Counted from the stretch's first letter, positions 1 to 12,164 are shown. The stretch is DNA of 64,000 nt from Mobula hypostoma (GCF_963921235.1 NC_086117.1:30504001-30568000); one strand, 5' to 3'. Notes: generated from the sequence alone by a model not told the origin. Numbers and translations are program-made.

Positions 1-379
1 TTGCTTTAATTCAACACGTCACCGTACTTAAAGGTAAACCAGTTGCCTGGGTCTTCCCCTGTCTATCTACTATCTATCACTACTGACTTGCAGGAGCTTC
101 CTGCGATTAATTCTGATGTCCCTCAAGTATCCAGATCCCATCTTCTTCTTATAAGTCCCATTGCTTCGAGACAACATGTTTACACCCAAGTGCCAAATAC
201 ATCTAAATTTACCCATTTATCACCTCTGATGACTTTCCACTGTCTCTACATTATGATGTCCATCAGTGAGTGAAAATGATCTCAAATTAAATGTGAGGAT
301 AATCAAAGCTATTGGCCTAGGAATCAATCACATGGCATTATTTTTCCTCCAACAGCTATATATAGAGGTGGAACGACAA

Positions 380-665
380 CACAGTGGTCAGCACAACGTT
401 TTACGGTACCGATGACCCAGGTTCAATTTTTGCCGTGCCTGTCAGTAGTTTGTACATTCTCCTCGTGACAGTGTTGGTTTCCTCCAGGTGCTCCAGTTTC
501 GTTGCACAGTCCAAAGACGTACTGGTTGGTATGTCACTGTAAATTGTCTCTTGATTAGGCTAAGGTTACGTCAGAAGTTGCTGGGTGGTGTGGCTCAAAG
601 AGCCAGAAGATACACTGTATCTCAATAAATAAATAAATAAACAAGCGAGCAAATAAATAAACAAG
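380..665 (+). mobile_element. tRNA-derived SINE, V-SINE/HE1-like
   Basis: tRNA-like head (agtggtcagc...ggttcaatt), central GGTTTCCTCCAGGTGCTCCAGTTTC...CAGTCCAAAGAC core and (aaat)n tail; related copies at 4745, 10925, 28745 and 48545. Confidence 0.75.
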
Positions 666-879
666 TAAAAATATGACATTGTTTACTCCATGAGCTAAGT
701 ATGATTATGAGCTCTGAATCAAATGGCACTTCTTTAGAAAGTTGACCTAGTACATTCTGTCATAAATAGTGTTGCTTGAATCCTCCATTTTCTGTCATGC
801 AATGGAATACCATTGATACTGAAAAAAAAACAACACATTGGAGGAATTAAACTCATTGTTAAAGCTTTATTATTAGGCA

Positions 880-1550
880 AACTACCACAGCTGAGGCCAG
901 AGAAGTCCCTTGGACCTGATAGTTTACATCTATGATCCTAAAAGACAGTGACTAAATAATAATGGATGCATTAGTTGCAATCTTCCCGATTTTGAAGAGA
1001 TACCAAAAGGCATTAAATCTCCCTTGTGTGATACCCCTTATTTAAAATGGGCAGAAGGCAAAATACAAGTAACTTTATACCTGTTTGTCTGATATTTATT
1101 AGAGGAAATATTTCTGAATAATTTGTAAAGTCATAACCTGACAGGCAGAACCAACATGGCTCCATGAAGGAGACATTATGTCTGACAAATGTATTGGAGT
1201 TATATGAGGAAATATCAGTAAGTGTATGGCGAGACACCTGCTTATGGACTTTCGTTAAACATCTGAAAGGTTGCTGCACCAAAGGTCAGTTCCCTAGAGC
1301 TTATTGTATTGGAGGTAATACGTTGGCGTAACCAGAGGCAGAGTCAGAAATCATCAAATTGGGATAAGTGGGTTATTTTCATGTAGACAACTTGTAAATG
1401 ATAGGTACCACAAAGATTAAAGTTGGAGTTGTAGCTGTTGATAACATATATTAATGACTGCCTTAGAGAAAGGAAGCAAAGTTACTACAGCCAAGTTTGT
1501 GGATAATACAAAAGTAGAGGGAAAGGCAAGTTGTGAGAATGATACTAACA
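880..1550 (+). mobile_element. Degenerate CR1 LINE ORF2 (reverse transcriptase) fragment
   Basis: Remnants resembling KSPGPD, QHG..K..CLTN and AKFVDNTKV (CR1 SKFADDTK); many stops and frameshifts. Confidence 0.7.
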
Positions 1551-2224
1551 ATTTCATATCAACAGTTCAGTACCAACAACAGCAGCCCCCAATCCAGAAA
1601 TCTCAAATCCTACCCAATTGTAAGGCATTGACTCACTGATCTGTGCTATCTAATTCTTGCCCAAATCATCCTTCCAAATACGGCTGTTGTCAACTGCAAT
1701 CCACAGGCCCAGCAGTGACCATTTCCTTGTTTTGCACTGGCTCTCCGTGCGAAGAAGAGGCCTCACTCTTGTGGAAGACGGATCAAATAGTACAAGAGAT
1801 AATGAGCCTCAGGCAATGCTGAGTTTGCCAGTAACGTCTATTCATTCTCCACCAGTGCAACTGATTAACAGCCTTTTACAGATGCCAATGAATTTCCAGG
1901 CAGTTGTCTCTGATCTCCCAAACAAATTCCATTTCTAAACCTTCAGCTTCATTCCTCTTTCCAGAAATGGACTGATTGCAACCTTGATGCCAGTTACTTC
2001 TAGTTAGATCAGGTTCTTTGCCGTACAGCCAAAGAATCCATGGATACTATACAGATGATGAGTTTGGGATTGTTGTTGAAGAAGAAGTGAAGCAATAACT
2101 GCATGCAAGGGCAAGGGAACTGGAATCATGATGTGGAATAGTAATAATGGCAGCTAAAGAATGTATGTTCCTGAAATGAAATGATATGAGATCATACCTC
2201 ATACATAAAATAGGCAGACATGTT

Positions 2225-2840
2225 TCTGAGAGGGTTGTTAAGGAGGTGTATAGTGCTCTGGCCTTTATAAATAAGGGAATTATGTTCCAAAGCCCTGAGG
2301 TAATACTACAGCTCTACAAAACTCTACTTAGACCACACTTAGAGCATTGTGTTCAGTTCTGGTCACCTCATTATAGGAAAAATGTGGAAGCTTTAGAGAA
2401 GGTGCAGAGGAAATTTACCAGGATTAGAGAGCTTGGGGTTTTCTCTTTCGAGCAATGAAGATGAGAGGCAACTTGGTAAAGATATAATATATAAGATTAT
2501 GAGAGTCAGAGGCAAAGTGGACAGCCAGCATCTTTTTTCCCAGGGCAGTAGTGGCCCATACCAGAGGACATCCATTTAAGGTGAGTGGAGTAAGGTTCAG
2601 GAGAGATGCTTCATACACAAAGAGTAGTGGGTGTCTGGAACAAATTGCTAGGGCTGGTGGTAGAGGCTGATACAATTGAGACAGTTAAAAGATTCTTAGA
2701 TAGTCATATGGATGTAAGAAAAATGTAATGGACTGTATATGAGGGAAGCGTTAGATTGATGGTGGAGTAGGCTAATACGGGTTAGCGTAGCATTGTGGGT
2801 GGAAGGACTCTTACAGCATTGTATTGTTCTGTGTTCTATA
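2225..2840 (+). mobile_element. CR1 LINE 3' fragment
   Basis: ORF LQLYKTLLRPHLEHCVQFWSPHYRK..LEKVQRKFTR is the typical CR1 ORF2 C-terminus; ends in a tgttctgtgttctat tail. Confidence 0.9.
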
Positions 2841-4479
2841 TCCTGATAGTGGTGAGTAAAGGCTGACAGAAGTGCCCGAAGTCAGAAACTGTATGATAAA
2901 GATACAGGTACCATAAGTTATCTATCATTCAGCAAAATGGCGACAGAGAGTACAAAGCCCAGAATGAAGCTGCATTTGAATTACTACCACTGGTATGCAC
3001 AGGCACCTGAGATATAAAACTAAGCAGTTGACAAACAGCTGGCAGGATGAGGTAATCTATTGGATTCAACAGAATTCAAAGTGGACTGAAGAGCAAAACA
3101 TGCTTTCGATTAAAGAGATCTGAGAAGTTATAAAACACTACAGATCACTTAAATATATTGCTTATGACCGAGTATTCATATATAATCATCTAACTGATGC
3201 AAACATATGCATATAGTTAATTGATGCTAGATGTAATATATGACAACAGTTACCGTAATATGCATGATATTTTAGAAGAAAGCTGTATGATATGTATCAA
3301 TTGTGCATGTACCTTTAAGAGTTTTAAGTTGCACATGGTATGACTTCTGATATATTCTTGTGTTAGCCATTGTTGTCAATTGAATCACATTGCTCTATTT
3401 TTACTGAAATACTTAAAATACTGAGGAGACCTGTGGAGATTGTTTCCTTAATGGGAAAACCTAGAACTAGCAGTCATGCAATTAAGTAATTGCTAATTTC
3501 AGTAAGTAATGTCACGATGTTTCTTCTCTTTAGTGAGTCTTTGGAACACTTTTCCTTTAAGGGCAATGGGCACTCTAAAGTAAAAGTAGATAGATACTTG
3601 ATAAGTAAGAGAATGAATACAGGTAAAGGTAGAAATGGAGTTGAGGTTACAATCAAATGGGTCATGATTCCTAATCTGTATTATCATAAGAACCACTGTG
3701 ACTAAGCTTTAGGTCACCTACCCTAAATCTTTTATTTAACTAGCAAACATTTCTACAAAGCACTGTGATAATGGGGCTGAAATAAAGACTACTGTCGTTA
3801 GTCTTCAGGACTTGGGCAAAACCATAATGAAGAGACTAGGGCAAGAACTACCGAATAGACTATCAGCAGGCTTGTTTTTGAAAGTTCATCAAAGAACATT
3901 TACTATCCAACAAGTGGCCCCAATGCCTGGGAGCTTGCCAACCTGTTTCAAAGTTCTGCAGATTTAGGTAATTGATGTGTGCCCCAAAGAGGAGAAAGTG
4001 CACATTCCATTTTGGCAAAATAGAAATTTTAACTACTTTGAATTCCCAGCAGTTTGCTTTGGAGAGACCTTAGCATTGCTTTGGATTTCCAAGCATGTCT
4101 GGCACTTGGCTGACTGCAAAGGCAGTCCTTCAGTGATGCTCATTAGATCACCTTAAAGTCTCCCCTTCAACAAGTAAAGAAACCCTTTCACTCAGACTTT
4201 TCTCATGAATTTTGTATACATCAGCCAATTCATCTTTACAGTAGTTCATACACATTTGGCACTCTCAGTCCAGACAGGCTCAACCAATGTTCTCTGATTT
4301 TAGCTTTACCCTCTTTGTTCAATAAAAAAAATAATGCTCTGTGATGGGACACTTTGATCTGCATTAATTTTAATATAGTGAACAAAGAAGGAAGTTGCAC
4401 AGAGCATACACATGCACAATATTGACCAAAATGTTTATAGTCTGTAGAACTCCTGACACAATGGAACAACCATACAGGA

Positions 4480-4745
4480 ACACAAGAAAATACCAGTAGG
4501 CATAGGTCATCAGTCTCCTTAAGTCTGATCTGCCATTAACAATGATTGTGGCTGATCTATGCTGATCTCAACTTCTCTTTTGTGCCAGTTCCCAAATGCT
4601 CTAATTACTTGATCTTTCAAGTATTTATCGCTCTCCACCTTAAATACATCCAATGATCTGGTCTCCGTTGCCCTGTGAGCAGAGAATTTGAGATTCATTT
4701 CCCTCTGAGAGAATAAGTTTATGTAGTTTTAAATGGCTGGCTTCT
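4480..4745 (-). mobile_element. CR1 LINE 3' UTR fragment (degenerate)
   Basis: Reverse complement resembles the CR1 3' ends at 22000-22265 and 23335-23670. Confidence 0.6.
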
Positions 4746-5068
4746 TATTTACTTATTTATTTACAAAGTAGTTAGTTATTGATAGATTGAGATACAGTGC
4801 TGACTAGACCCTTTCAGCTCTTTGAGCCATGCTGCCCAGCCACTCCAATTTAACTGTAGCCCAATCAGAGGATAATTTACAATGACCAATTAACTTACCA
4901 ACTTTGATGCCTTTGGACTGTGGAAGGAAACTTGAGCACACAGAGGGAACCCATGTATGAGTCAAAGTATGGTCACGGGGAGAACATACAAACTCCTTAA
5001 GGCAGCGGTGGGAATTGAACCTGGGTTGCAGGTACTGTAAAGCGTTGTGCTAACCAGTATGCTACCAT
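4745..5068 (-). mobile_element. V-SINE/HE1-like SINE
   Basis: Reverse complement of the 28745-29033 family: head tggtagcatactggttagcacaacgct, ggttcaattcc B-box, core and (aaat)-rich tail. Confidence 0.75.
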
Positions 5069-6179
5069 TATCTTGTGAAAGTAATGCAAAGAACTGACCT
5101 AAAGATGGATATACTGTATGCACCTAATTGCAAACTGTAATCCCATTTAAAATAAACTATATTCCATTATTATCCCATGCAATTATGTATTTTTTTACAG
5201 AGAAGTATATAATAGCAAGAATGGGCATGAAGATAAGTGGGCTCTGAGGCTATTAACATACAAATGATTGTTCTTTGTGCCAGTTGCTACTTTTCAGTTG
5301 CTACTTTGGTAAGCTTCCTCAGCACATGCCTCCTTGTTCCTTATTACCAAATCCGATGCTAGTAAATGCAGACTTTACATTTACACGTCGCTACATAATC
5401 TCAAAGAAGTTCGATGTCAAGGGGTAAGGTAAATCACATTTGAACTGGCCTGGCATATGGACAACACACACATCGATTGGGCTTGTGAGAATCTTTCATC
5501 AGAACTAATCCAAGGGCCTATTAGAAGTGCTTTTTTAAAATTTTATCCTCATTTGACTTTCTACTAATATGTCTAATTTTGATCTTGTATAATATATCTC
5601 TCCTAGAGGAACAATACAATCAATTTACACTGAACTAATCCAGTGCAACCTGGTTTGAATTTCCTGTCTCGCAGCAAATACTGTTGAAATTATAAATTGT
5701 GACTCTGTAGGGCAAGGGTCCACATTCTAGGTCAGTTCAGTTTAGTTTGATTCAGGTATAGGCTTGCTCAGTTCGCCTTCTAATTCTGGATCATATTTTC
5801 TAATTATAATTTAGGCTGTTTTATGCAGACAAGACCAGCCGTGTTTGAAGCATTCTGTAATATTTTTGGCCAGGCGGGACAGGATATAGTTTGTTCTAAA
5901 GAAGCATTCTCAGTATGCAATGCATTACCAGCCAAAAACCATCTTGGTTTAATTATGAAGTAAATTGAAAGTAAAGATTATTTGCTGCCCTTCCAATGCA
6001 CAGTACGAGAGCCACACCACCAAAATGATTGCAGCCAAGCAAAAGGCAAAAACTGCACACATTTTAAAGATTTAGTAAAACATTTCTCTGATATGTATCA
6101 CTTATTACATTTTAAAGATTAATTATATGCAGCACATCATGATATTTTGCTGTAAGATTATACATGTTTGCTTAATAAC

Positions 6180-6440
6180 TCTCCCAAAGTGAAAGATTTA
6201 AGTCTCAGTCCAGCACTAGATCATATCACCCTAGCTGTCCCTTCAATGCATTGTTGAAACAGTAGTCTTTCACTTAAGACATTGAAGTGAGATTCCCTGT
6301 CTTAAAAACCCTGGATAATTTGAAGAAAGGGCATTGTCATCTAACATTTCATACTCCGTGCAATAACTCTTCAAAAAAAATTTTAGTTATTCACTTCTGC
6401 AATGGTTAGCCAACATTGCTGTATTCAAATTGTTTAATAT
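6180..6440 (+). mobile_element. Highly degenerate Deu-domain (SacSINE1/AmnSINE-like) SINE
   Basis: Weak similarity (gtcttt..aagacattgaa..tttgaagaaagggca) to the better copy at 7030-7190 plus 10313-10536. Confidence 0.35.
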
Positions 6441-7029
6441 TTGCTTTTATTTTGTGCAGGCATTGTCTTGACCTTTCTGGGGACTTTTTAAAGTAAACCA
6501 AAACTTCTATACTCGTTTACTTTAAGTTTCCAATCAGTATGAAAGTCTACTATATGGTATAGAAATAGTTATGCTCAATTAATCCATGCTCATATTACAA
6601 TAATAGATACTTAAATAACTCCTAAAATTAGTTATGAATCATTGTTTAGAACCAAGCACATCACCGAACAGCAGTATTCCAAGTTCCAGTTGCCCAGATG
6701 ATAAGAAGTCCCAATAATACAGTTTTTATCTTATTGAGGCACTAGTGTACTTCTCGTTGGTTTACTCAAATTTGGATTGCCCAATAGCCAATTCATGTGA
6801 GATAAGGTTTACGTTTCCCTCGAATAAGAATTTTATCTAACACAATTCTTTCACGGTAGTCCAGTGTAAATGCAGCTCCAGTGTCCTTCATTTGAATGAG
6901 CTGGTGTGAACTTAAGTAGCTCCAAAATACTAAAAACGATGCAGAGAGAAAATTTGTGCATTCAAAATGAAAGGTCCTGAGTCAGAAGAAGATGCTTACA
7001 GTTGCTGCTCTGACTCGGTGGGAAATTCT

Positions 7030-7190
7030 TGGGGTCAAAAGATTGCAAATGCAAGTTCACACTCAAGTACTTCAGCTGATGTTGTGGGACAGTGTAAAGA
7101 ATACCGGACCATCAAAGGTGATATTAAACCATATCTGATCATCCAGATTTATCTTAAAGATCTCATTACACAACTTGAAGAAGAACAGGA
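7030..7190 (+). mobile_element. Deu-domain SINE (SacSINE1-like), 5' part; split by an LTR element
   Basis: attaaacc...taaagatctcat..ttgaagaagaacagga continues after the TSD at 10313 as ..gtgtcctgactaatatttatccc.., as in the recalled Deu-SINE consensus. Confidence 0.6.
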
Positions 7191-7440
7191 TGTTAAGTTT
7201 TGTAACTTCAAAATATACAATTAATTGAAAGCAAAAACATGGAGCCGGAATGCACATTTTAGTTTGTTTTTTTTAACTTTAGCAACACACGCAAGTATGA
7301 CACGGTGCCATGATAATGTATGCCATTCACATACTTTTACACATAACCCACAATGCATTATGTAAACAACAAAGTACGCTTAATCAAACAATATATTTAC
7401 AATCTTACTCAAATATTACTGAACTATTAAATACACTATA
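7191..7440 (-). repeat. 3' LTR of the Gypsy-like element
   Basis: Aligns by eye with 10076-10312 (taattgaaagcaaaaaca...cttaatcaaacaatatattt); preceded on the minus strand by a purine-rich PPT-like aagcaggattgag. Confidence 0.8.
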
Positions 7441-7770
7441 CTCAATCCTGCTTAGCTATAAACTCCAACTAAATATAGAATGTGTCTCAACTGTGTACAA
7501 TGTGTCTTGTTGCTTGCTGTATTTCTCTGTTATGAATGTCATTCTCACAGGAGTTATACTTTCTCCAATATAAGTTCTTAGTTGGATATCCACAGTCAGT
7601 CTTCAGTTCAGTATCTTTGCACTGGCATCCAAACTCATTTTGTAGAAATACTGAAAGAGCAGAGCCAGTGTCCAATTCAATTTTAATTAATTTGCTGTTC
7701 ACTTCTGGTGTAAGCCATTTTGCTTTTCCATTGTTAGTTTTCACATTTTAAATAACAAGACTACTCAGTC

Positions 7771-8643
7771 TCTCACAGCTATCTGGACTATTCCTCTTCT
7801 CACCCTGTCTCTTGCAAAAACGCCATCCCCTTCTCGAAACTCCTCCGTCTCCGCCGCATCTGCTCTCAGGATGAGGCTTTTCATTCTAGGATGAGGGAGA
7901 TGTCTTCCTTTTTTAAAGAAAGGGGCTTCCCTTCCTCCACTATCAACTCTGCTCTTAAACGCATCTCCCCCATTTCACGTACATCTGCTGTCACTCCATC
8001 CTTCCGCCACCCCACTAGGAATAGGGTTCCCCTGGTCCTCACCTACCACCCCACCAGCCTCCGGGTCCAACATATTATTCTCCGTAACTTCCGCCACCTC
8101 CAACGGGATCCCACCACTAAGCACATCTTTCCTTCCCCGCCTCTCTCTGCATTCCGCAGGGATTGTTCCCTACGCAACTCCCTTCTCCATTCGTCCCCCC
8201 CATCCCTCCCCACTGATCTCCCTCCTGGCACTTATCCGTGTAAGCAGAACAAGTGCTACACATGCCCTTACACTTCCTCCCTTACCACCATTCAGGGCCC
8301 CAAACAGTCCTTCCAGGTGATGCAACACTTCACCTGTGAATCGACTGGGGTGATATACTGCGTCCGGTGCTCCCGATGTGGCCTTTTATACATTGGCGAG
8401 ACCCGACGCAGACTGGGAGACCGCTTTGCTGAACATCTACGCTCTGTCCGCCAGAGAAAGCAGGATCTCCCAGTGGCCACACATTTTAATTCCACATCCC
8501 ATTCCCATTCTGACATGTCTATCCACAGCCTCCTCTACTGTAAAGATGAAGCCACACTCAGGTTGGAGGAACAACACCTTATATTCCGTCTGGGTAGCCT
8601 CCAACCTGATGGCATGAACATCGACTTCTCTAACTTCCGCTAA
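7771..8643 (+). CDS. Penelope-like element ORF C-terminus (RT thumb, Cys-rich linker, GIY-YIG endonuclease); 5'-truncated TE ORF
   Basis: Frame is open from 7771 (SHSYLDYSSSHP...) to TAA at 8643; contains CKQNKCYTC and GVIYCVRCSRCGLLYIGETRRRLGDRFAEH...LEEQ...GMN. Confidence 0.8.
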   Translation, partial: SHSYLDYSSSHPVSCKNAIPFSKLLRLRRICSQDEAFHSRMREMSSFFKERGFPSSTINSALKRISPISRTSAVTPSFRHPTRNRVPLVLTYHPTSLRVQHIILRNFRHLQRDPTTKHIFPSPPLSAFRRDCSLRNSLLHSSPPSLPTDLPPGTYPCKQNKCYTCPYTSSLTTIQGPKQSFQVMQHFTCESTGVIYCVRCSRCGLLYIGETRRRLGDRFAEHLRSVRQRKQDLPVATHFNSTSHSHSDMSIHSLLYCKDEATLRLEEQHLIFRLGSLQPDGMNIDFSNFR

Positions 8644-9047
8644 GGTCCCACCTCCCCCTCGTACCCCATCTGTTACTCATTTTTATGCACACATTCTTTC
8701 TCTCACTCTCCTTTTTCTCCCTCTGTCCCTCTGAATATACCTCTTGCCCATCCTCTGGGTCACCCCCCCCCTTGTCTTTCTTCCCGGACCTCCTGTCCCA
8801 TGATCCTCTGGTATCCCCTTTGCCAATCACCTGTCCAGCTCTTGGCTCTATCCCTCCCCCTCCTGTCTTCTCCTATCATTTTGGATCTCCCCCTCCCCCT
8901 CCAACTTTCAAATCCCTTACTCACTCTTCCTTCAGTTAGTCCTGAGACTGCACCCCTTCCTACAGATGCTGCCTGGCCTGCTGCGTTCACCAGCAACTTT
9001 GATGTGTGTTGCTTGAATTTCCAGCATCTGCAGAATTCCTGTTATTT
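7772..9047 (+). mobile_element. 5'-truncated Penelope-like element (GIY-YIG endonuclease) inserted in the Gypsy element
   Basis: 12-bp TSD actactcagtct at 7760-7771 and 9048-9059; ORF with GIY-YIG motif; pyrimidine-rich 3' UTR and pLTR tail shared with the copy at 39420-39885. Confidence 0.92.
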
Positions 9048-10075
9048 ACTACTCAGTCTTGTGTCACTCTCATCATTATCAGACTTTTCATCAACAGCAT
9101 GCAGATTAGTGCTCTTTTTGAAACTGCAACTTGACTTTTTTTTCTCTTCCCTGTGCAGCCTATTTATCTTGATGTGTATGCCAGACATGCTCTTTGTATA
9201 TGTCCTACTTTGTGGCATTTTCTATAACCTTTCCTTTTAAACTGCATTGGCCTCTTCTATATGAGCTCCTGTCACACCAGTAACTCAATTTGTTTGGCCA
9301 GGCCAATTTCTGTTTAAGCATTGGAATTTTGTTCACGCTAGCTTTCATTCCTGACTACAACTCAACTGTGTCTCTGTCCACTGTTTCCATTGATACATAA
9401 ATTTCAACTGCTCTTTTAAATATAAGTTAAGCTTCAGTTAGGAGATGTTTCTGAATGCTTTCTTGTAAGATTCCCCAAGTTAAACCATCTCTCAGTGCAT
9501 CTTTAAGCCCATCACTGAACTGAAAGTGCTCACCCAATCTCTTCGATTCAGTCACATATGTTGAAATGGACTCCGTTTTCTTTTGATTTCATTTATGAAA
9601 CATAAAGCATTCTGCAATCAGCAATGGTCTTAATTCCAAATGTTCCTGCTTTATTTTCTTAATACCTGCAAAGCTAATTTTGGCTGGTTTACTTGGAGCA
9701 GTAAAACTTCAAAGCATTCCATATGCTCAAACACACAATGCACTCAGCATAACTGGCACAGTCTTCTTGGCTATTTCTTTTGCTACAAAATATTGCTCAA
9801 TTCATTCAATATACAGCAGCCAGCTATCGCTTGTGCAATCGAACACGTCTATCTTTCCAATGTAGCCAGCCATTTCTACTTCTGAAAAATTTATTATTGT
9901 TATCACCCAGTGTTAATGAATTTGTGAATTCAAGACTGTCCCTTCCCGAAGAACAGCATGCTTTGCTGTTTTTTTTACTTGATTGTTTCTTACTGTACTT
10001 GTTTTTACTCTAAAGTCTCACTGCACTTCAACAGATTGATTATCGTCTTGGGTTTGTTTAAAATACCCTCAACAC

Positions 10076-10312
10076 TGATATGTTTGGTAACTCCAAAACA
10101 TAAAACTAATTGAAAGCAAAAACACAGAGCTGTGAATGCATGTCTTAGTTTCATCTTTATTTTAGTGAGACAAGCACGTATGACGTGGTGGTGTGATTTA
10201 GTATGCATTTCATGTACTTTAACGTATAACTCACAATGCATTAGGTAAATTACAAAGGATGCTTAATCAAACAATATATTTGCAACATTACTGAAATATC
10301 AAATACACAACA
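10076..10312 (-). repeat. 5' LTR of the Gypsy-like element
   Basis: Begins TG, ends CA, followed by the TSD cagga; similar to 7191-7440. Confidence 0.8.
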
Positions 10313-10536
10313 CAGGATTTTACCGCAGTGTCCTGACTAATATTTATCCCACCATCAATAGCAACAGCGATGATCCAATTACCACCTAAATGCTGTTTAT
10401 GTATTACGATTGCGCATAAATTGGCTGCCATGTGTCCTATATTAAAATATTGTAAATACTTCAAAAGTACTTAACTGGTTGTAAAGTGTCTTGGAATGTC
10501 CTGGGGCGCCATATAAATGCAGGTATTTATTTCTTT
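10313..10536 (+). mobile_element. Deu-domain SINE (SacSINE1-like), 3' part
   Basis: aaattggctgcc...cttcaaaagtacttaactggttgtaaagtgtcttggaatgtcctg...atataaatgcagg..tttcttt matches the recalled Deu-SINE/SacSINE1 3' end. Confidence 0.72.
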
Positions 10537-10924
10537 AACAGCTCAGATGGGAATAGTAAAAAAAATAAGTGATTGTGGCAATGCAAGCAATCTTACAACT
10601 TTGCCAGACTTACTATAACTTCAGGATTATTCAAAGGATGTTTCAAAGGATGTTTTCTGCTTCATGACTCTGAGGTTTAATGTAAAGTAATAAGGAATTA
10701 TTTCTCAGTCCAGTTATATCCAACAGTGTTCATCCTCTACATCTGAAAAGAGCACCATATTTAGCAGCGAAGAAATGCCATCTGTTTTAATAAGCCATCT
10801 CTATTGCTTATCTGTGCATCCCGCTAATTAAATTCTCAAGCAACCAAAAGGCAAAATTCAGTGCAACACAAACAAAAAAATGCTGGTGGAACTCAGTAGG
10901 TCAGGTAGCATTTATGGAAAGGTA

Positions 10925-11225
10925 GAAACGGTGGCGTCGCAGTCAGGGTGACGCTATTACAACTTGGAGTGTTGGAGTTCAGTGTTCAATTATGGAGTCC
11001 TTTGTAAGTAAGTCCGTACATTCCTTCCTGCATGCACCTAGATTTCCTCTAGGTGCTCCAGTTTCCTCCCACAGTCCAAAGGTGCTCCAGTTTCCTCCCA
11101 CAGTCCGTTAGTAGGTTAATAGGTCATTGTAAATTGTCCCATGATTAGGTTAGGGTTAAATTGGTGGGTTGCTGGGCAGCACGATTCGAAGGGCTGAAAT
11201 GGCCTGTTCCCCGCTGTATCCCTAA
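10925..11225 (+). mobile_element. V-SINE/HE1-like SINE with an internal tandem duplication
   Basis: Core aggtgctccagtttcctcccacagtcc occurs twice; 3' end matches the other copies. Preceded by a minus-strand Penelope pLTR scrap (10862-10922). Confidence 0.75.
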
Positions 11226-12164
11226 ACATTTCTGAATCGATTTCTTTTAACATGTTGAGAATATACTAAATGAGATCAGCATCAATTATTCCTAATGTCT
11301 CACACTTTAACACAATAAAATAAAATGCAACCTTACTTGGAACTTTGTATGAGAATTGGCACACTGCTTACAAAGGAAAACACTCAGGCCAATTTTCAAA
11401 CTATCTAACTGTCCAATCAGAAAAAAAAACATGCATTTGTCCATCTCCAGATGAGAATAATAATGAACAGGCACTAGATTCAAAATTGCAGCTCATGTCT
11501 TTTTAAATGCCCCAGCACTGATCTGTAGCATGCAACTGGTTGCTGAATGGTATTGCTACCTTACAGTGATATTTCACCCACTGAAGATGATGTTCTATGT
11601 GAAATGTGCACACCGAAAGCATGCTGCAATAGGCATGTCAATCATCCAGTAGTCATGTCAATCACAAATTGTCTATCTGTGCTGCAACTGCAGAAGTAAA
11701 ATAGTATGGACTACAAGGGAGGCAGTTCTATTCCTGACCTGCTTAGAGAGATACTGAACTAACTACTTTTGGGGAGCAGGTATTAACAAAACGAGGCAAT
11801 CTGCAACAATAACACAAATTCTGTTTGTTACACAGTAGATTAACTTCATACATTGCATTTCGTCTCTTCACAATTCCTCCAGCTACTCCTGTGAAATTTG
11901 ACCCACCCTGCCAACATGATCTTGAAGTTGGCACCAGAGAAACATGCTGCCCATTCCCATGACATTTCTTAAACAATTGGCTCCAAGTTGCTCAGCATCA
12001 GCACCTTAAGAAGTATAAGTGTTACATCAGACAACATTGATTTGTTTTATTATTGTCTCCACGACTCCTGAAATTATGTTTGGCCAATGTGTATGAATGG
12101 GAAAAAAAGATTACACTGTTTCTCTACAAGATGCCTTGAAACGAAGGCATGCACCAGGCAAACT

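Larger units (their letters stand above)
7191..10312 (-). mobile_element. Non-autonomous Gypsy/Ty3 LTR retrotransposon (gag + protease remnants, two LTRs)
   Basis: Direct repeats at about 7191-7440 and 10076-10312; element is TG...CA bounded; 5-bp TSD cagga at 7186-7190 and 10313-10317. Minus strand has a gag remnant (IGKIDVFDC..W..Y...IEQYF; LLIAECFMFHK) and the aspartic protease motif ELDTGS. Confidence 0.88.

Noticed and set aside
1950-3130. Possible old Gypsy pol or processed-pseudogene remnant (e.g. KWTEEQ-like and GYYTDDEFGI-like strings)
   Set aside because: The motifs are too short and frame-broken to support a call without a homology search.
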